From the IMG/VR virus record IMGVR_UViG_2585428088_000002, positions 395 through 64,394 of that record: a stretch of 64,000 bases of DNA; one strand, 5' to 3'. The stretch comes from a virus. Below the pieces are notes generated by a model that was not told the origin of the DNA, made no database searches, and saw only the letters and a program-made list of their open reading frames with translations. This document shows positions 1 through 9,496 of the stretch, piece after piece; position 1 is the stretch's first letter, and the number at the start of each line of letters is the position of its first letter. The translations under genes and the position numbers were made by a program.

Positions 1-2
1 AA

Positions 3-494
3 TTGCTTCTAATACCATCGAGATTTGCCATTGAAATGCAAGAAAGAGGATGGATATTAAGGGATGATATAATTTGGCATAAACCTAATCGAATACCAGC
101 TAGTGTTAAAGATAGATTCAACAATATGTATGAGCACGTTTTTCATTTTGTAATGGCAAAATCATATTACTTTGACCTTGATTCCGTAAAGGTATTGGGG
201 GCTAATGGGAAAATGAAAAATCCTGGTGATATATGGGCAATAAATACTCAACCATTAGATGGCGACCATACAGCATCGTTCCCTGAAAAACTGGTAGAAC
301 AGATAATCTCATGTGCCTCACCAGAGAACGGAATTGTCTATGATCCATTTATGGGTACCGGCACTTCTTGGATAGTGAGCGACCGATTAAATAGAAACTT
401 TATCGGACATGAAATTAATCAAGGGTTTTGTGAATATGCAAAAGATAGAGTTGAAAAAACATCAAGAGGTGAAAATATTGCCGAAATTTATTAA
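3..494 (+). CDS. Beta-class N4-C/N6-A DNA methyltransferase, 5'-truncated by window edge
   Basis: DIIWHKPN, HTASFP and C-terminal YDPFMGTGT SAM-binding motif. Confidence 0.85.
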   Translation: MLLIPSRFAIEMQERGWILRDDIIWHKPNRIPASVKDRFNNMYEHVFHFVMAKSYYFDLDSVKVLGANGKMKNPGDIWAINTQPLDGDHTASFPEKLVEQIISCASPENGIVYDPFMGTGTSWIVSDRLNRNFIGHEINQGFCEYAKDRVEKTSRGENIAEIY

Positions 495-1368
495 TATTTC
501 CCATGAGAGGTTATGTGACTGTAAGCCGGGGCATTTATCTTGCATTCCAGCTAAACAGTGGATACTTAATCAAATAGGTGTTTGGGAATTCAAATATGAG
601 GAAAGAGACATTAGAGATAAAAAGCTACACCCTGCAACGTTTCCAATAAGTATGGCTAAAAGAGTAATGGAGCAATTTACACATGTTGGGGAGTTGGTCT
701 TAGATCCTTTTGTTGGCTCAGGAACCACCCTTGTTGCAGCACAGGATTTGGCAAGAAATGCTATTGGATTTGATTTAAAACAAGAATATATTAAAATCGC
801 TGAAAGTAGGATAATGCAACAATCGATAGTCTCTGATTTGATTCATAATTGCCAGCAAATAGCAGTATGTGATGATGCTAGAAATATTCAAGAGTATATA
901 CATGAAGGAATAGTCAAATGTGTGTTCACTTCTCCGCCGTATGCAAATTTATTAAACCGAGAGCGTAAAAATAAAAGTAGACGTGGAGATAAACGTAAGA
1001 ACGATCAACTAGGGGTTGTTGAACAATACAGTCAGGATCCAAGAGATTTGGGAACTCTAGAACAAGCAGACTTTGAAAATGCAATCAAAGAAGTGTTTTC
1101 ATCCATAAAACCTCTGCTGGCTCCTAAAGCGCATTGTATAATAAATATTACCGATGCGTGGATAGAGGGACGAAGGGTGCCTCTTCATATCAATGTTATT
1201 AAAGCTATGGAGGATGCTGGATATCAGTTCAGAAACACAATAATATGGGATAGAAGAAATATTGTCAATCAAATTGGCATCTTCGGTTGGCCAAGTAGTT
1301 ATATAACGATGGGCACTACATTCGAATATATTCTGGATTTTATTGTAGAACCGACAGTTACTAAATAG
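478..1368 (+). CDS. Alpha-class N4-cytosine DNA methyltransferase (M.MvaI/BcnI-like)
   Basis: HPATFP and LDPFVGSGTT (motif I) precede catalytic TSPPY; likely TTG start at 478 after AGAGGTG RBS (ORF is open from 409). Confidence 0.85.
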   Translation: MPKFINISHERLCDCKPGHLSCIPAKQWILNQIGVWEFKYEERDIRDKKLHPATFPISMAKRVMEQFTHVGELVLDPFVGSGTTLVAAQDLARNAIGFDLKQEYIKIAESRIMQQSIVSDLIHNCQQIAVCDDARNIQEYIHEGIVKCVFTSPPYANLLNRERKNKSRRGDKRKNDQLGVVEQYSQDPRDLGTLEQADFENAIKEVFSSIKPLLAPKAHCIINITDAWIEGRRVPLHINVIKAMEDAGYQFRNTIIWDRRNIVNQIGIFGWPSSYITMGTTFEYILDFIVEPTVTK

Positions 1369-1451
1369 GAGTTATAAATTATTAATGTGAATATAGAAGG
1401 CTAAAAAGGACAACGTCTAAAAATGTGACGTTGTCCTTTTTCATAAAACAG

Positions 1452-2252
1452 TTAAATTTCAAGTTGTTCATTATAAAGTCGATTTTTATATGCAGGGCGG
1501 ACCCTGAATTTTGTGCCATGGTTATGACCTGTTCTGGCGTCAAAATCGATATATACTTGTCCTTCTTCAACTAAAGAAACAAAATTATCAATATCAAGTC
1601 CGGTATAAACTTCGAAGTGCTCATAGTGATAATATTCAATACCGTTTTCTCTTTTTGTCGTAGCTTTAACATAAAGCGTATTTTTTAATTTTGCGGAAAT
1701 TTTACTTTCAATATCATGAAAGTCCCAAAAAGGTATAGGATTCAGCTCAGAGAGGCCTATTCGATCTGCAACAGAATTTTTCCAATGGTCATGATGAGAT
1801 GCTATTTTTCCAGAATCAAATGTTATAAAAATTTTCTCGTTTTCTCTATCGACACCAACGGTGAACCCTCGGTCACTATAACTCGATGCACTTATTGTCT
1901 GGCGAAAACTCATTTCATAGTCTGGATATGTAGTGCCTGCTTCCTGATGTGGCCAACCATATTTAGGTAGTAATATTTTAGGAACAAATCTTGCATTTCG
2001 AGGTTTGGGCTCACTATGAAATAAAGTTAGTAAAGAACTTGTTTCTGCTCTTTGACTTTTTATTTCCCATTCACCAAAATCAGGTAATTGCAAATTATTT
2101 TCTGAAATTTCTAAGAGGTCCTCTAACGTGTTGCCAACTCCACCTTGATTACCGTAACGTTTATTTTCAATCCATCCCAAATCTTTTATTTCAGAAAGTC
2201 GATGAATCAAATTATTTAGGTCTCTTGAAACCAAAATAACACATCCTTTCAT
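1452..2252 (-). CDS. MvaI/BcnI-family type II restriction endonuclease
   Basis: GNQGGVGNTLEDLL..ENN..LPDFGEWEIKS signature; convergent with two MTases. Confidence 0.85.
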   Translation of the reverse strand: MKGCVILVSRDLNNLIHRLSEIKDLGWIENKRYGNQGGVGNTLEDLLEISENNLQLPDFGEWEIKSQRAETSSLLTLFHSEPKPRNARFVPKILLPKYGWPHQEAGTTYPDYEMSFRQTISASSYSDRGFTVGVDRENEKIFITFDSGKIASHHDHWKNSVADRIGLSELNPIPFWDFHDIESKISAKLKNTLYVKATTKRENGIEYYHYEHFEVYTGLDIDNFVSLVEEGQVYIDFDARTGHNHGTKFRVRPAYKNRLYNEQLEI

Positions 2253-2409
2253 TTTAACATAGAATAAAATGAATTTACATAATTTAGTATATCAGATAAA
2301 ACACGAAATGTACATTTTAAATATCCGATATATAATGGTTAAAAAGCTTAAATGCATACACAAAAGCAGCACTAAGAATGAACACAACGACATTATTATG
2401 TAAGCGTAC

Positions 2410-2438
2410 TTGACAAAATAGGTTAAATGTGTAAAAAT
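2410..2438 (+). promoter_or_regulatory. Putative sigmaA promoter for 2471-4435 operon
   Basis: TTGACA at 2410-2415 followed by TGTG-TAAAAAT; GGAGG RBS at 2458-2462. Confidence 0.45.
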
Positions 2439-2470
2439 AGGAAACAGATAAACAATAGGAGGTAATTTTA

Positions 2471-3196
2471 TTGGACAATATCAAACTTAACGATAACCTT
2501 ATGCGTCGAATTGTCCGTGCTGTAGATAAAGCAATTGCCGATGATGTGCCGCAGTACCTGCGGGAGCATCACAAAGAAACCAACAACGCTATTATTCATC
2601 TTCGTGGTGACTGTATCAATGAAAATCTCCGCAAACTGGTAGTTGGAGGAGATATCGAGTTTGTTCCTTTTAAGCGGTATGTGTGGCAGGGCAGAATCAT
2701 TGTAGACCGAGCCGAAAAGGTTACCTACACGATTACCACTCAGAAAACGCTTCGTGCCGTGCCGAGGAAACAGCGCAATAAACCACATTTTCTGCAGACC
2801 ATCCTATATATGGAAAATGGTGGTTGCGAAGCATCTGTAAAGCAGATGACCCTTATGGATTTTTTCCCGTTTGAAGCAGAAGATCTGGAAAATGACTATA
2901 ACTCCATTGTGGAAGGTCTGATTGACCCTACCGAGGGTTATCGCCATTACGTCATCGCCTACGATGCAGACGGCAGCGAACTCAGAGACATTCAGTTGGA
3001 GTTTCTGGATAAGGACTTCAATATAATCGCAACGGCATCTCTTAACGAATACATAAAGCCGGATTTTGCACGGCTTACAGATGTCGAGCCTGTTAATGAA
3101 GATCTTAGTGATGAGACTGATGGCGAAGCAAGGGGTCTGTTGGCGATTAAGTCTGGACTTCGCCCCAAATTACGGGAGGTTTCAAAACAGGCCTGA
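2471..3196 (+). CDS. Hypothetical protein (DUF5986-like), candidate toxin partner of the downstream HTH-IrrE protein
   Basis: 241-aa ORF with RBS; 27 bp from the next gene; family recalled from sequence character only. Confidence 0.55.
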   Translation: MDNIKLNDNLMRRIVRAVDKAIADDVPQYLREHHKETNNAIIHLRGDCINENLRKLVVGGDIEFVPFKRYVWQGRIIVDRAEKVTYTITTQKTLRAVPRKQRNKPHFLQTILYMENGGCEASVKQMTLMDFFPFEAEDLENDYNSIVEGLIDPTEGYRHYVIAYDADGSELRDIQLEFLDKDFNIIATASLNEYIKPDFARLTDVEPVNEDLSDETDGEARGLLAIKSGLRPKLREVSKQA

Positions 3197-3223
3197 CAAA
3201 ATTAAGTCAGGAGATGAAGAATT

Positions 3224-4435
3224 ATGGATAAAAGAATATTTAACGGTAAGCGCCTAAAAAACGGAAGACTCTTTAGGGGGCTTACACTTACTGAATTAGC
3301 TGATCGAACAGGTATCAGCAAACAATCACTTTCACTTTACGAGAATGAGCGAAATACACCGGAACATGAGCGAGTACAAGCTTTAGCCTCATCTTTAAGC
3401 TTTCCATACGATTTCTTCTTCCAAACGGATGCTTGTGAAACCGTGACGGAGGTAACCTATTTCCGTTCCCTTGCAAGTGCCACAAAGATGAATCGTACCT
3501 CACAAAGCGTAAAGTTAGAGTATGTGGCTAAAATGTATGAAGTTCTATTGGAATATATTGATTTTCCTGCTCTCAATTTGCCGGACGTAACCTTTGATGG
3601 CAGCGATGATGAGTTTGATGATAAGAGTACAGAGGATACCCAGCGGCAGATTGAATCCATTTCACAACAGATTAGAGAGTTTTGGGGTATTGGCGATGCT
3701 CCAATAAAAAATCTACAGTTCTTGCTTGAAAAGAACGGCATTATCGTAACCGGATTTGATACATTGGAAGATAAGATTGACGCATTCAGCCAGAGAACTA
3801 TTGTCGGTAATAATGATATGTACTTTATAGCTGTTGCCCTTGGCAAGAGACCGGAAGGCAGAATCCGGTTTGATATGGCCCATGAACTTGGACACCTTCT
3901 GCTTCATCCATGGAGTGAGAACCTCGAACTCATTACAAAGGAAGAATTTAAGGTCCGTGAAAAACAGGCCAACATGTTTGCAAGTGCCTTGTTGCTGCCC
4001 CAAAACAGTTTTGGCAAAGATGTACAGGCATATCCTACAGACTTGAAGTATTACCAGTTTCTCAAGAAAAAATGGAAGGCTTCCATTCAAGCGATGGTTT
4101 ACCGAAGCAATCAACTCGGTATCATTACCGATAACCAGTTCCAGTATATGATGCGTCAGATATCCAAAAACGGATGGCGCACCAAAGAACCCGGCGATGT
4201 TTCGTATGCTTTGAAGGAGAATATATTCCAAGGGGCTATCGACCTTCTTATTGAAGAGAAGATACTTAACCCCGCAAGCATCCTGCGGACTTTCAAACAG
4301 TACGGTATTACACTGTATCGCCAAGATATTGAGGAACTACTCCACCTGCGTGAGGGAACGCTTTATGTTGAGGAGAGCAAACCGCAAATCATACAGCTTA
4401 AACGCCCTGATGATACGCATAGAGGCAACGAATAA
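3224..4435 (+). CDS. XRE HTH + ImmA/IrrE (M78) zinc metallopeptidase
   Basis: N-terminal HTH LTLTELADRTGISKQSLSLYE; RFDMAHELGH (HExxH) and E-QANMFASALLLP motifs. Confidence 0.9.
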   Translation: MDKRIFNGKRLKNGRLFRGLTLTELADRTGISKQSLSLYENERNTPEHERVQALASSLSFPYDFFFQTDACETVTEVTYFRSLASATKMNRTSQSVKLEYVAKMYEVLLEYIDFPALNLPDVTFDGSDDEFDDKSTEDTQRQIESISQQIREFWGIGDAPIKNLQFLLEKNGIIVTGFDTLEDKIDAFSQRTIVGNNDMYFIAVALGKRPEGRIRFDMAHELGHLLLHPWSENLELITKEEFKVREKQANMFASALLLPQNSFGKDVQAYPTDLKYYQFLKKKWKASIQAMVYRSNQLGIITDNQFQYMMRQISKNGWRTKEPGDVSYALKENIFQGAIDLLIEEKILNPASILRTFKQYGITLYRQDIEELLHLREGTLYVEESKPQIIQLKRPDDTHRGNE

Positions 4436-4536
4436 AATGCAACAAAGCCGCCTCCTAAGATAAGTCTCAAGGTGTTTGAAGAGTGGCATGTAGCCACTCT
4501 TTCCAAGAAGCGACTTTTTTCATAGGAGGCGTGTTA

Positions 4537-6438
4537 ATGGAAAGACTTAATTCATTCAGAGATGTTATTGAGGACAGGCTTTTTAACGAAATTTTCAATG
4601 CCTTGTTAATCTTTGTAGAAGATAACCCTGGTAAATTGGAAGGCAATTCGCACTGCGTAGAAAGTCCGGATGAAGCAACTTTGTCTGATGTTGAGGTCAA
4701 GCTTGTCGATATCACTGATTCAGAGGGTAACGAGATTTTTTTTGATGTGGTAGTATCTGCAGAAATCGAAATTGCAGAAACAGTAAAGAGAAACCGTGAA
4801 ACCGATGGCATAGAGCAGTGGTTTCGGATTTCCTGTTCTGCAGAATTGGAAGATGGGTTTCGAAAATTCTATATATCTGATATACACATTTATAACAAGT
4901 ATAATAATGGCAAAGAAAACCACCTGTCTGAGTATCTAGTTCCCATCATTCGCAAGGACCAGTTGGATGATGTGGCAGAAGAATTCCTTAAGAAATATTA
5001 CCCGGAAGCATTAGCAAAGCCAATGGCTGTTCCGGCTCGTGAAGTCGCAAAGCGAATGGGGATTGACGTTCAGGAAGTACATATTACTAAGACTTGCTCT
5101 GTTTTCGGACAGACATATTTCTCCGACTGCGAAATACAATATTATGACAGAGATGCCGGGTTATATAAGCCTTTGAATGTAAAAAGAGGAACTATCCTGG
5201 TTGACCCCAATGTGTATTTTATGCGTAATGTGGGATCCATGAACAATACCATCATTCATGAGTGCGTCCACTGGGATCTGCACAAAAAGTTCTTTGAACT
5301 GGAAAAGCTATACAACAAGGAAGCACGGTCTATCAGCTGCCAGGTTCAAGAAGGCATAAGACCTGAAAGAAATCGGACACCGCTGGACTGGATGGAGTGG
5401 CATGCCAATTCCTTAGCCCCGAGAATACTGATGCCTGTAAAGCAGACACGGCAGAAGATTGAAGAACTAATCGCCAAAAACAAGCGAGTGCTTCAGAACG
5501 ATAATATCGCCGATATCATGGAATCTGTGGTTTTCGAATTATCAGAGTTCTTCGAGGTATCAAGGATTGCAGCGAAAATTCGTATGATAGACCTCGGTTA
5601 CACTGAGGCTATTGGTGTTTATACCTATATAGATGACCACTACATTTTAAATTATGCTTTTGAAAGAGCGGCTCTGAAAAATAATCAGACCTTTACCATC
5701 GGGATGCAGGATGCATTATATGAGTATGCTACGAATGTTGATTTTAAGAAATTACTGAATTCCGGCAAATATGTCTATATTGATGCACATTTTTGTATTA
5801 ATGATTCCAAGTATATCCGCCACAACGAAAACGGGTATGCGGAACTTACAGATTATGCAAGACAGCACATAGATGAATGCTGTCTTATCTTTGATCTCAA
5901 GACTCGAAAAAATAATAGCTACGGGGTCTCCTTCTACACAGAATGTGTGCTTTATAAAAATGCTGTCTCTGACACGATAGTTGAAGCCAAGTATAGTAAT
6001 TCCGCTCAGAACCAGTTAACTGAAGCTAGAGCCGCAGAATTAAAGAGAATCAAAAATGAGGCAACGCAGACAACAAGAATTATGCGTAGTCTGCCTGCCA
6101 CTTTTTCCGATACGCTTGTTGCCCATATGGATCGATTGAATTTTACAGTAGAATACTTGGAAGAGATGTCACTGGTAAATGCCAAGACCATACAGCGCAT
6201 GAGAAACGATGATAGAAAACCGCATAAGCTGCCAACGGTAGTGGCTATTTGTATAGGAATGCAATTAAACCCTGTTCTAAGTGCTGATCTGATAAAGAAG
6301 GCCGGTCATACTTTCAGAATTGACGAGGAACACATAATATATCAGATGCTGCTGAACTCGTACTACCAAAACTCAATTTATGAATGTAATGAGATTTTAA
6401 GGGCGAATGACTGCAATCCGCTGAGTAAAGCAGAATAA
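4537..6438 (+). CDS. Large ImmA/IrrE metallopeptidase with C-terminal XRE-like HTH (putative prophage regulator)
   Basis: NTIIHECVH (HExxH), EWHANSLAPRILMP; C-terminal TVEYLEEMSLVNAKTIQRMR HTH; ATG 4537 after GGAGG. Confidence 0.8.
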   Translation: MERLNSFRDVIEDRLFNEIFNALLIFVEDNPGKLEGNSHCVESPDEATLSDVEVKLVDITDSEGNEIFFDVVVSAEIEIAETVKRNRETDGIEQWFRISCSAELEDGFRKFYISDIHIYNKYNNGKENHLSEYLVPIIRKDQLDDVAEEFLKKYYPEALAKPMAVPAREVAKRMGIDVQEVHITKTCSVFGQTYFSDCEIQYYDRDAGLYKPLNVKRGTILVDPNVYFMRNVGSMNNTIIHECVHWDLHKKFFELEKLYNKEARSISCQVQEGIRPERNRTPLDWMEWHANSLAPRILMPVKQTRQKIEELIAKNKRVLQNDNIADIMESVVFELSEFFEVSRIAAKIRMIDLGYTEAIGVYTYIDDHYILNYAFERAALKNNQTFTIGMQDALYEYATNVDFKKLLNSGKYVYIDAHFCINDSKYIRHNENGYAELTDYARQHIDECCLIFDLKTRKNNSYGVSFYTECVLYKNAVSDTIVEAKYSNSAQNQLTEARAAELKRIKNEATQTTRIMRSLPATFSDTLVAHMDRLNFTVEYLEEMSLVNAKTIQRMRNDDRKPHKLPTVVAICIGMQLNPVLSADLIKKAGHTFRIDEEHIIYQMLLNSYYQNSIYECNEILRANDCNPLSKAE

Positions 6439-6460
6439 AAAAACAAAAAATTCTTATGTG

Positions 6461-6579
6461 ACCGGACATTTTTTGTCCGGTTGTTTTTTGCCAGAATCGA
6501 CAGGCCCCCTATAGGCTGCAATATTAATTTGCAGCCTATAGGGGGCCTGTTTTGCATTAAAATAGGACATTCCATGTCC
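6461..6579. promoter_or_regulatory. Two GGACA-N5-TGTCC palindromes flanking a perfect 22-bp inverted repeat
   Basis: ACCGGACA-TTTTT-TGTCCGGT 6461-6481; IR arms 6500-6521 and 6529-6550; GGACA-TTCCA-TGTCC 6565-6579. Confidence 0.6.
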
Positions 6580-6610
6580 GGGGCAAAACTACACTTGAGC
6601 GGTACGATTA

Positions 6611-6646
6611 TGCCATGAGTTGGCCAACTCGTGGCATTTTTCTTTT
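6611..6646 (+). terminator. Intrinsic terminator-like hairpin
   Basis: TGCCATGAGTTGG/CCAACTCGTGGCA near-perfect palindrome followed by TTTTTCTTTT. Confidence 0.55.
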
Positions 6647-6656
6647 CCAGAGTTTT

Positions 6657-6698
6657 GCGAAAAAGTTTTTTTAAATAGGAAAAGAGCCTGCCTATTTA
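6657..6698 (+). repeat. 42-bp sequence identical to 59536-59577; start of homology between the two prophages
   Basis: GCGAAAAAGTTTTTTTAAATAGGAAAAGAGCCTGCCTATTTA in both copies; contains TAAATAGG-N11-CCTATTTA inverted repeat. Confidence 0.85.
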
Positions 6699-6744
6699 AC
6701 TTTTAGTATTTAGCTACAGAGCAAGGGAAGGAGGTGAGAAAGCG

Positions 6745-7068
6745 ATGGGACCTAATGAAAGACGCCAGGGAATCATGGAAACACTCTGCCACAGAAGGCA
6801 GGAGACTATGGCAAATATGGCATTTGAGTTTGGAGTCAGTGTCCGAACTATTAGAAACGATATTGACTGCCTGTCGCTTTCTTATCCTCTGGAAACTATA
6901 CGTGGACGATATGGCGGCGGTGTCCGGGTTATGGATGGGTTCTATATGAACCACAAGTATCTGAAGCCTGAACAGAAGGAATTGCTGAAACGGCTCGGCG
7001 CGCAGCTGTCCGGCAATGACCTCGCCATAATGAACAGCATCTTCAAAGACTTTGCTCTGAGCAAATAG
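6745..7068 (+). CDS. Winged HTH (HTH_11/DeoR-like) DNA-binding protein
   Basis: TMANMAFEFGVSVRTIRNDIDCL HTH; paralog at 59624. Confidence 0.8.
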   Translation: MGPNERRQGIMETLCHRRQETMANMAFEFGVSVRTIRNDIDCLSLSYPLETIRGRYGGGVRVMDGFYMNHKYLKPEQKELLKRLGAQLSGNDLAIMNSIFKDFALSK

Positions 7069-7109
7069 CACGGGTTACAACCCCGAATTTTGAAAGGATG
7101 GTGAATGTA

Positions 7110-7505
7110 ATGAAAAAGGTTTTTGTATGTTCTCCCTACCGTGGAGATATCGAGAAGAACAGCAAGAAAGCTGCGTACGCTGCCAAAATCATATGTGGCT
7201 GTGGTTACATCCCAGTGGTACCGCATCTTTATTTCCCTCAGTTTCTGGACGAGAATGACGAGTCTGAGAGAATCCGCGGTATTGAACTTGGCATCGAGCT
7301 GATGAAGGGCTGTGATCTGATATGGTTGCTCGGGCCAAGCATTACAAGCGGAATGGAATATGAACTTGAAGCCGCAAAGGAAATCCGCATCCCAGTGATG
7401 ATATACGATGAGCAGCTTAGACAGATAAACCCTAAAACCCTGATTCTTGACGAGCGTGTGGATGATCACTTCCGCAATGTTGTCAAAGGTCTGAAATTTG
7501 AATGA
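7110..7505 (+). CDS. DUF4406-like / nucleoside deoxyribosyltransferase-like phage protein
   Basis: KVFVCSPYRG...P.VPHLYFPQFLD...CD.IWLLG..ITSGM.YE pattern; paralog at 59987. Confidence 0.7.
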   Translation: MKKVFVCSPYRGDIEKNSKKAAYAAKIICGCGYIPVVPHLYFPQFLDENDESERIRGIELGIELMKGCDLIWLLGPSITSGMEYELEAAKEIRIPVMIYDEQLRQINPKTLILDERVDDHFRNVVKGLKFE

Positions 7506-7519
7506 AAGGATGAGTAGCA

Positions 7520-7813
7520 ATGAGTGAAATTTATTTGACTTTGGCTGACGGGTTCGAAAAACTCGCAGCCGGATATCGTACCTTGGCGGCTAATTCTGCT
7601 GAAGGTCAAATCAAAGAACAATCTTCTGCAGCCGAACTAAAACAGGAAAGCAAAATCAGTATCGAGTTGGTTCGCGCCGTTCTTGCTGAGAAAAGCCAGG
7701 AAGGCAAAACCCGCGAGGTCAAGGCTCTGCTGATGAAATACGATGCAGGAAAGCTCTCAGGTGTGAAGCCGGAGGATTATGAGGCTCTTCTCAAAGAAGC
7801 CGAGGTGCTTTAA
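7520..7813 (+). CDS. Conserved phage hypothetical protein of the PolA replication module
   Basis: C-terminal VRAVLAEKS..GKT.EVK.LL.KY...KLS..K.EDY motif; paralog at 60399. Confidence 0.7.
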   Translation: MSEIYLTLADGFEKLAAGYRTLAANSAEGQIKEQSSAAELKQESKISIELVRAVLAEKSQEGKTREVKALLMKYDAGKLSGVKPEDYEALLKEAEVL

Positions 7814-8946
7814 TGAGTGGACATGCAAGATTTTCTCCTTCATCGGCAAATCGCCGTTTGAACTGTCCACCGTCCTTGGTGCTTGAGGAACAGTTTGCAG
7901 AAGAAGAGTCTCAATATGCAGCAGAGGGTTCTGCCGGCCATGCGCTGGCAGAGCATCTCATCAGAAAGCACCTTAAACAAAGAAGCAAACGCCCTGTTTC
8001 CGATTATTACTCGGACGAGCTGCTCGAAGCTGTAGATGAATATGTGTCTTATGTTATAGGTGAAATTGAGGAAGCCAAGCGGGTCTGCAATGGCCCGGTA
8101 TTCACTGTTGAACAGCGCGTGGATGCTTCGGACTATGTGGATGAATGCTTCGGTACGGCGGATATGGTCATTGTTACCGATAAGGTGGCGCATATCATTG
8201 ATCTCAAACTCGGCAAAGGCGTCCCGGTTTTTGCGGAGGAAAATCCGCAGCTAATGATCTACGGACTCGGCATCCTTGGCATGGCAGAGATGCTCTACGA
8301 TGTGGAAACCGTCAGACTTACAATCTTTCAGCCTCGCTTAAACAATTCAAGCACCTGGAATATTGCTCCGGATACTTTGAAGGCGTGGGGCGAGGAAGTG
8401 TTAAAGCCCAGAGGTGCTATGGCGCTGATGGGAGCTGGAGATTTCAATGCAGGTAGCTGGTGCCGATTCTGCAAAGCAAGGAATCAGTGCCGTGCAAGAG
8501 CCGAAGAGTTTCTTGCCCTAGCAAAGATGGAGTTTCGTCAGCCTGCTCTGCTCTCGGATGATGAAATCGCAGAGGTGCTGAAGATAGCTGACGATCTGGC
8601 AAAATGGGCCTCCGATGTTTATGCCTTTGCCCAGGACCAGGCTATCATCCACGGCAAAGAGTGGAACGGATTCAAACTGGTGGAAGGTCGCAGCAACCGC
8701 AAGTATACAAGCGAGGACGAGGCGGCAGAGGCCGCAACTACCGCCGGCTACACAGATATCTATAAACGCTCACTAGTTACCATCACAGAGATGGAACGAC
8801 TTATGGGCAAACAGGAATTCACCCGTATTCTCGGACGCCTGGTGTACAAGCCTCAAGGCAAGATCACATTGGTGCCGTATTCAGATAAAAGAGAAGCAAT
8901 CAATAAAACTACCGCTGCGGCGGAATTTCAGGAGGTTTCATTATGA
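7813..8946 (+). CDS. DUF2800 family PD-(D/E)xK (Cas4-like) exonuclease
   Basis: HARFSPSSA.R..NCPPS, FGTAD..IIDLKLGKG, WCRFCKAR.QC motifs. Confidence 0.85.
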   Translation: MSGHARFSPSSANRRLNCPPSLVLEEQFAEEESQYAAEGSAGHALAEHLIRKHLKQRSKRPVSDYYSDELLEAVDEYVSYVIGEIEEAKRVCNGPVFTVEQRVDASDYVDECFGTADMVIVTDKVAHIIDLKLGKGVPVFAEENPQLMIYGLGILGMAEMLYDVETVRLTIFQPRLNNSSTWNIAPDTLKAWGEEVLKPRGAMALMGAGDFNAGSWCRFCKARNQCRARAEEFLALAKMEFRQPALLSDDEIAEVLKIADDLAKWASDVYAFAQDQAIIHGKEWNGFKLVEGRSNRKYTSEDEAAEAATTAGYTDIYKRSLVTITEMERLMGKQEFTRILGRLVYKPQGKITLVPYSDKREAINKTTAAAEFQEVSL

Positions 8947-9485
8947 ACAAGAATACGTCTGCAACTAAAGTCATCGTACCATGCCGTTTTTCCTATCTTC
9001 ACTGCTGGGAGCCAGACTCCGTAAATGGTGGTGATCCGAAATACAGCGTTTCGGCTATCGTGCCTAAAAGTGATACCAAGACTGTCGAAGCCATAAAGGC
9101 AGCTATTGAACAGGCCAAGAAGGACTCTGCATCTAAGTGGGGAGGTAAGATTCCCGCCAATCTCAAGACTCCGCTTCGCGATGGCGATATCGACCGCCCC
9201 GAGGACGAAGCCTACAAAGGCTGCTATTTTTTCAATGCCAACAGCCGTCAGGCTCCACAGGTGGTGGACGGAAAAGTACAGCCAATCCTTGATCAGAGCG
9301 AAGTTTACTCCGGCTGTTACGGTCGTGTCAGCGTAACCTTCTATGGCTACAACTCCAACGGCAACCGCGGCGTTGCGGCGGGCCTTGGCAACATCCAGAA
9401 GCTCAAGGACGGTGAGGCACTCGGAGGACGCTCAAGGGCAACCGATGATTTTGGAACTGCGGAAGATGAGGATTTCCTCGGCTAA
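8943..9485 (+). CDS. DUF2815 family phage single-stranded DNA-binding protein
   Basis: RFSYLH.WEP, PLRDGD, YSGCYGRVS, GLGNIQKLKDGE and acidic C-terminal tail. Confidence 0.85.
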   Translation: MNKNTSATKVIVPCRFSYLHCWEPDSVNGGDPKYSVSAIVPKSDTKTVEAIKAAIEQAKKDSASKWGGKIPANLKTPLRDGDIDRPEDEAYKGCYFFNANSRQAPQVVDGKVQPILDQSEVYSGCYGRVSVTFYGYNSNGNRGVAAGLGNIQKLKDGEALGGRSRATDDFGTAEDEDFLG

Positions 9486-9496
9486 GAACTAATGTG

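Noticed and set aside
1382-1570. Small minus-strand ORF overlapping the endonuclease 3' end
   Set aside because: Mostly overlaps the REase in another frame, has no RBS or motif, and is probably spurious.
7813-8946. Cas4-like nuclease suggesting a CRISPR locus
   Set aside because: It is the DUF2800 exonuclease of the PolA replication module; no cas1/cas2 and no repeat-spacer array were seen anywhere in the window.
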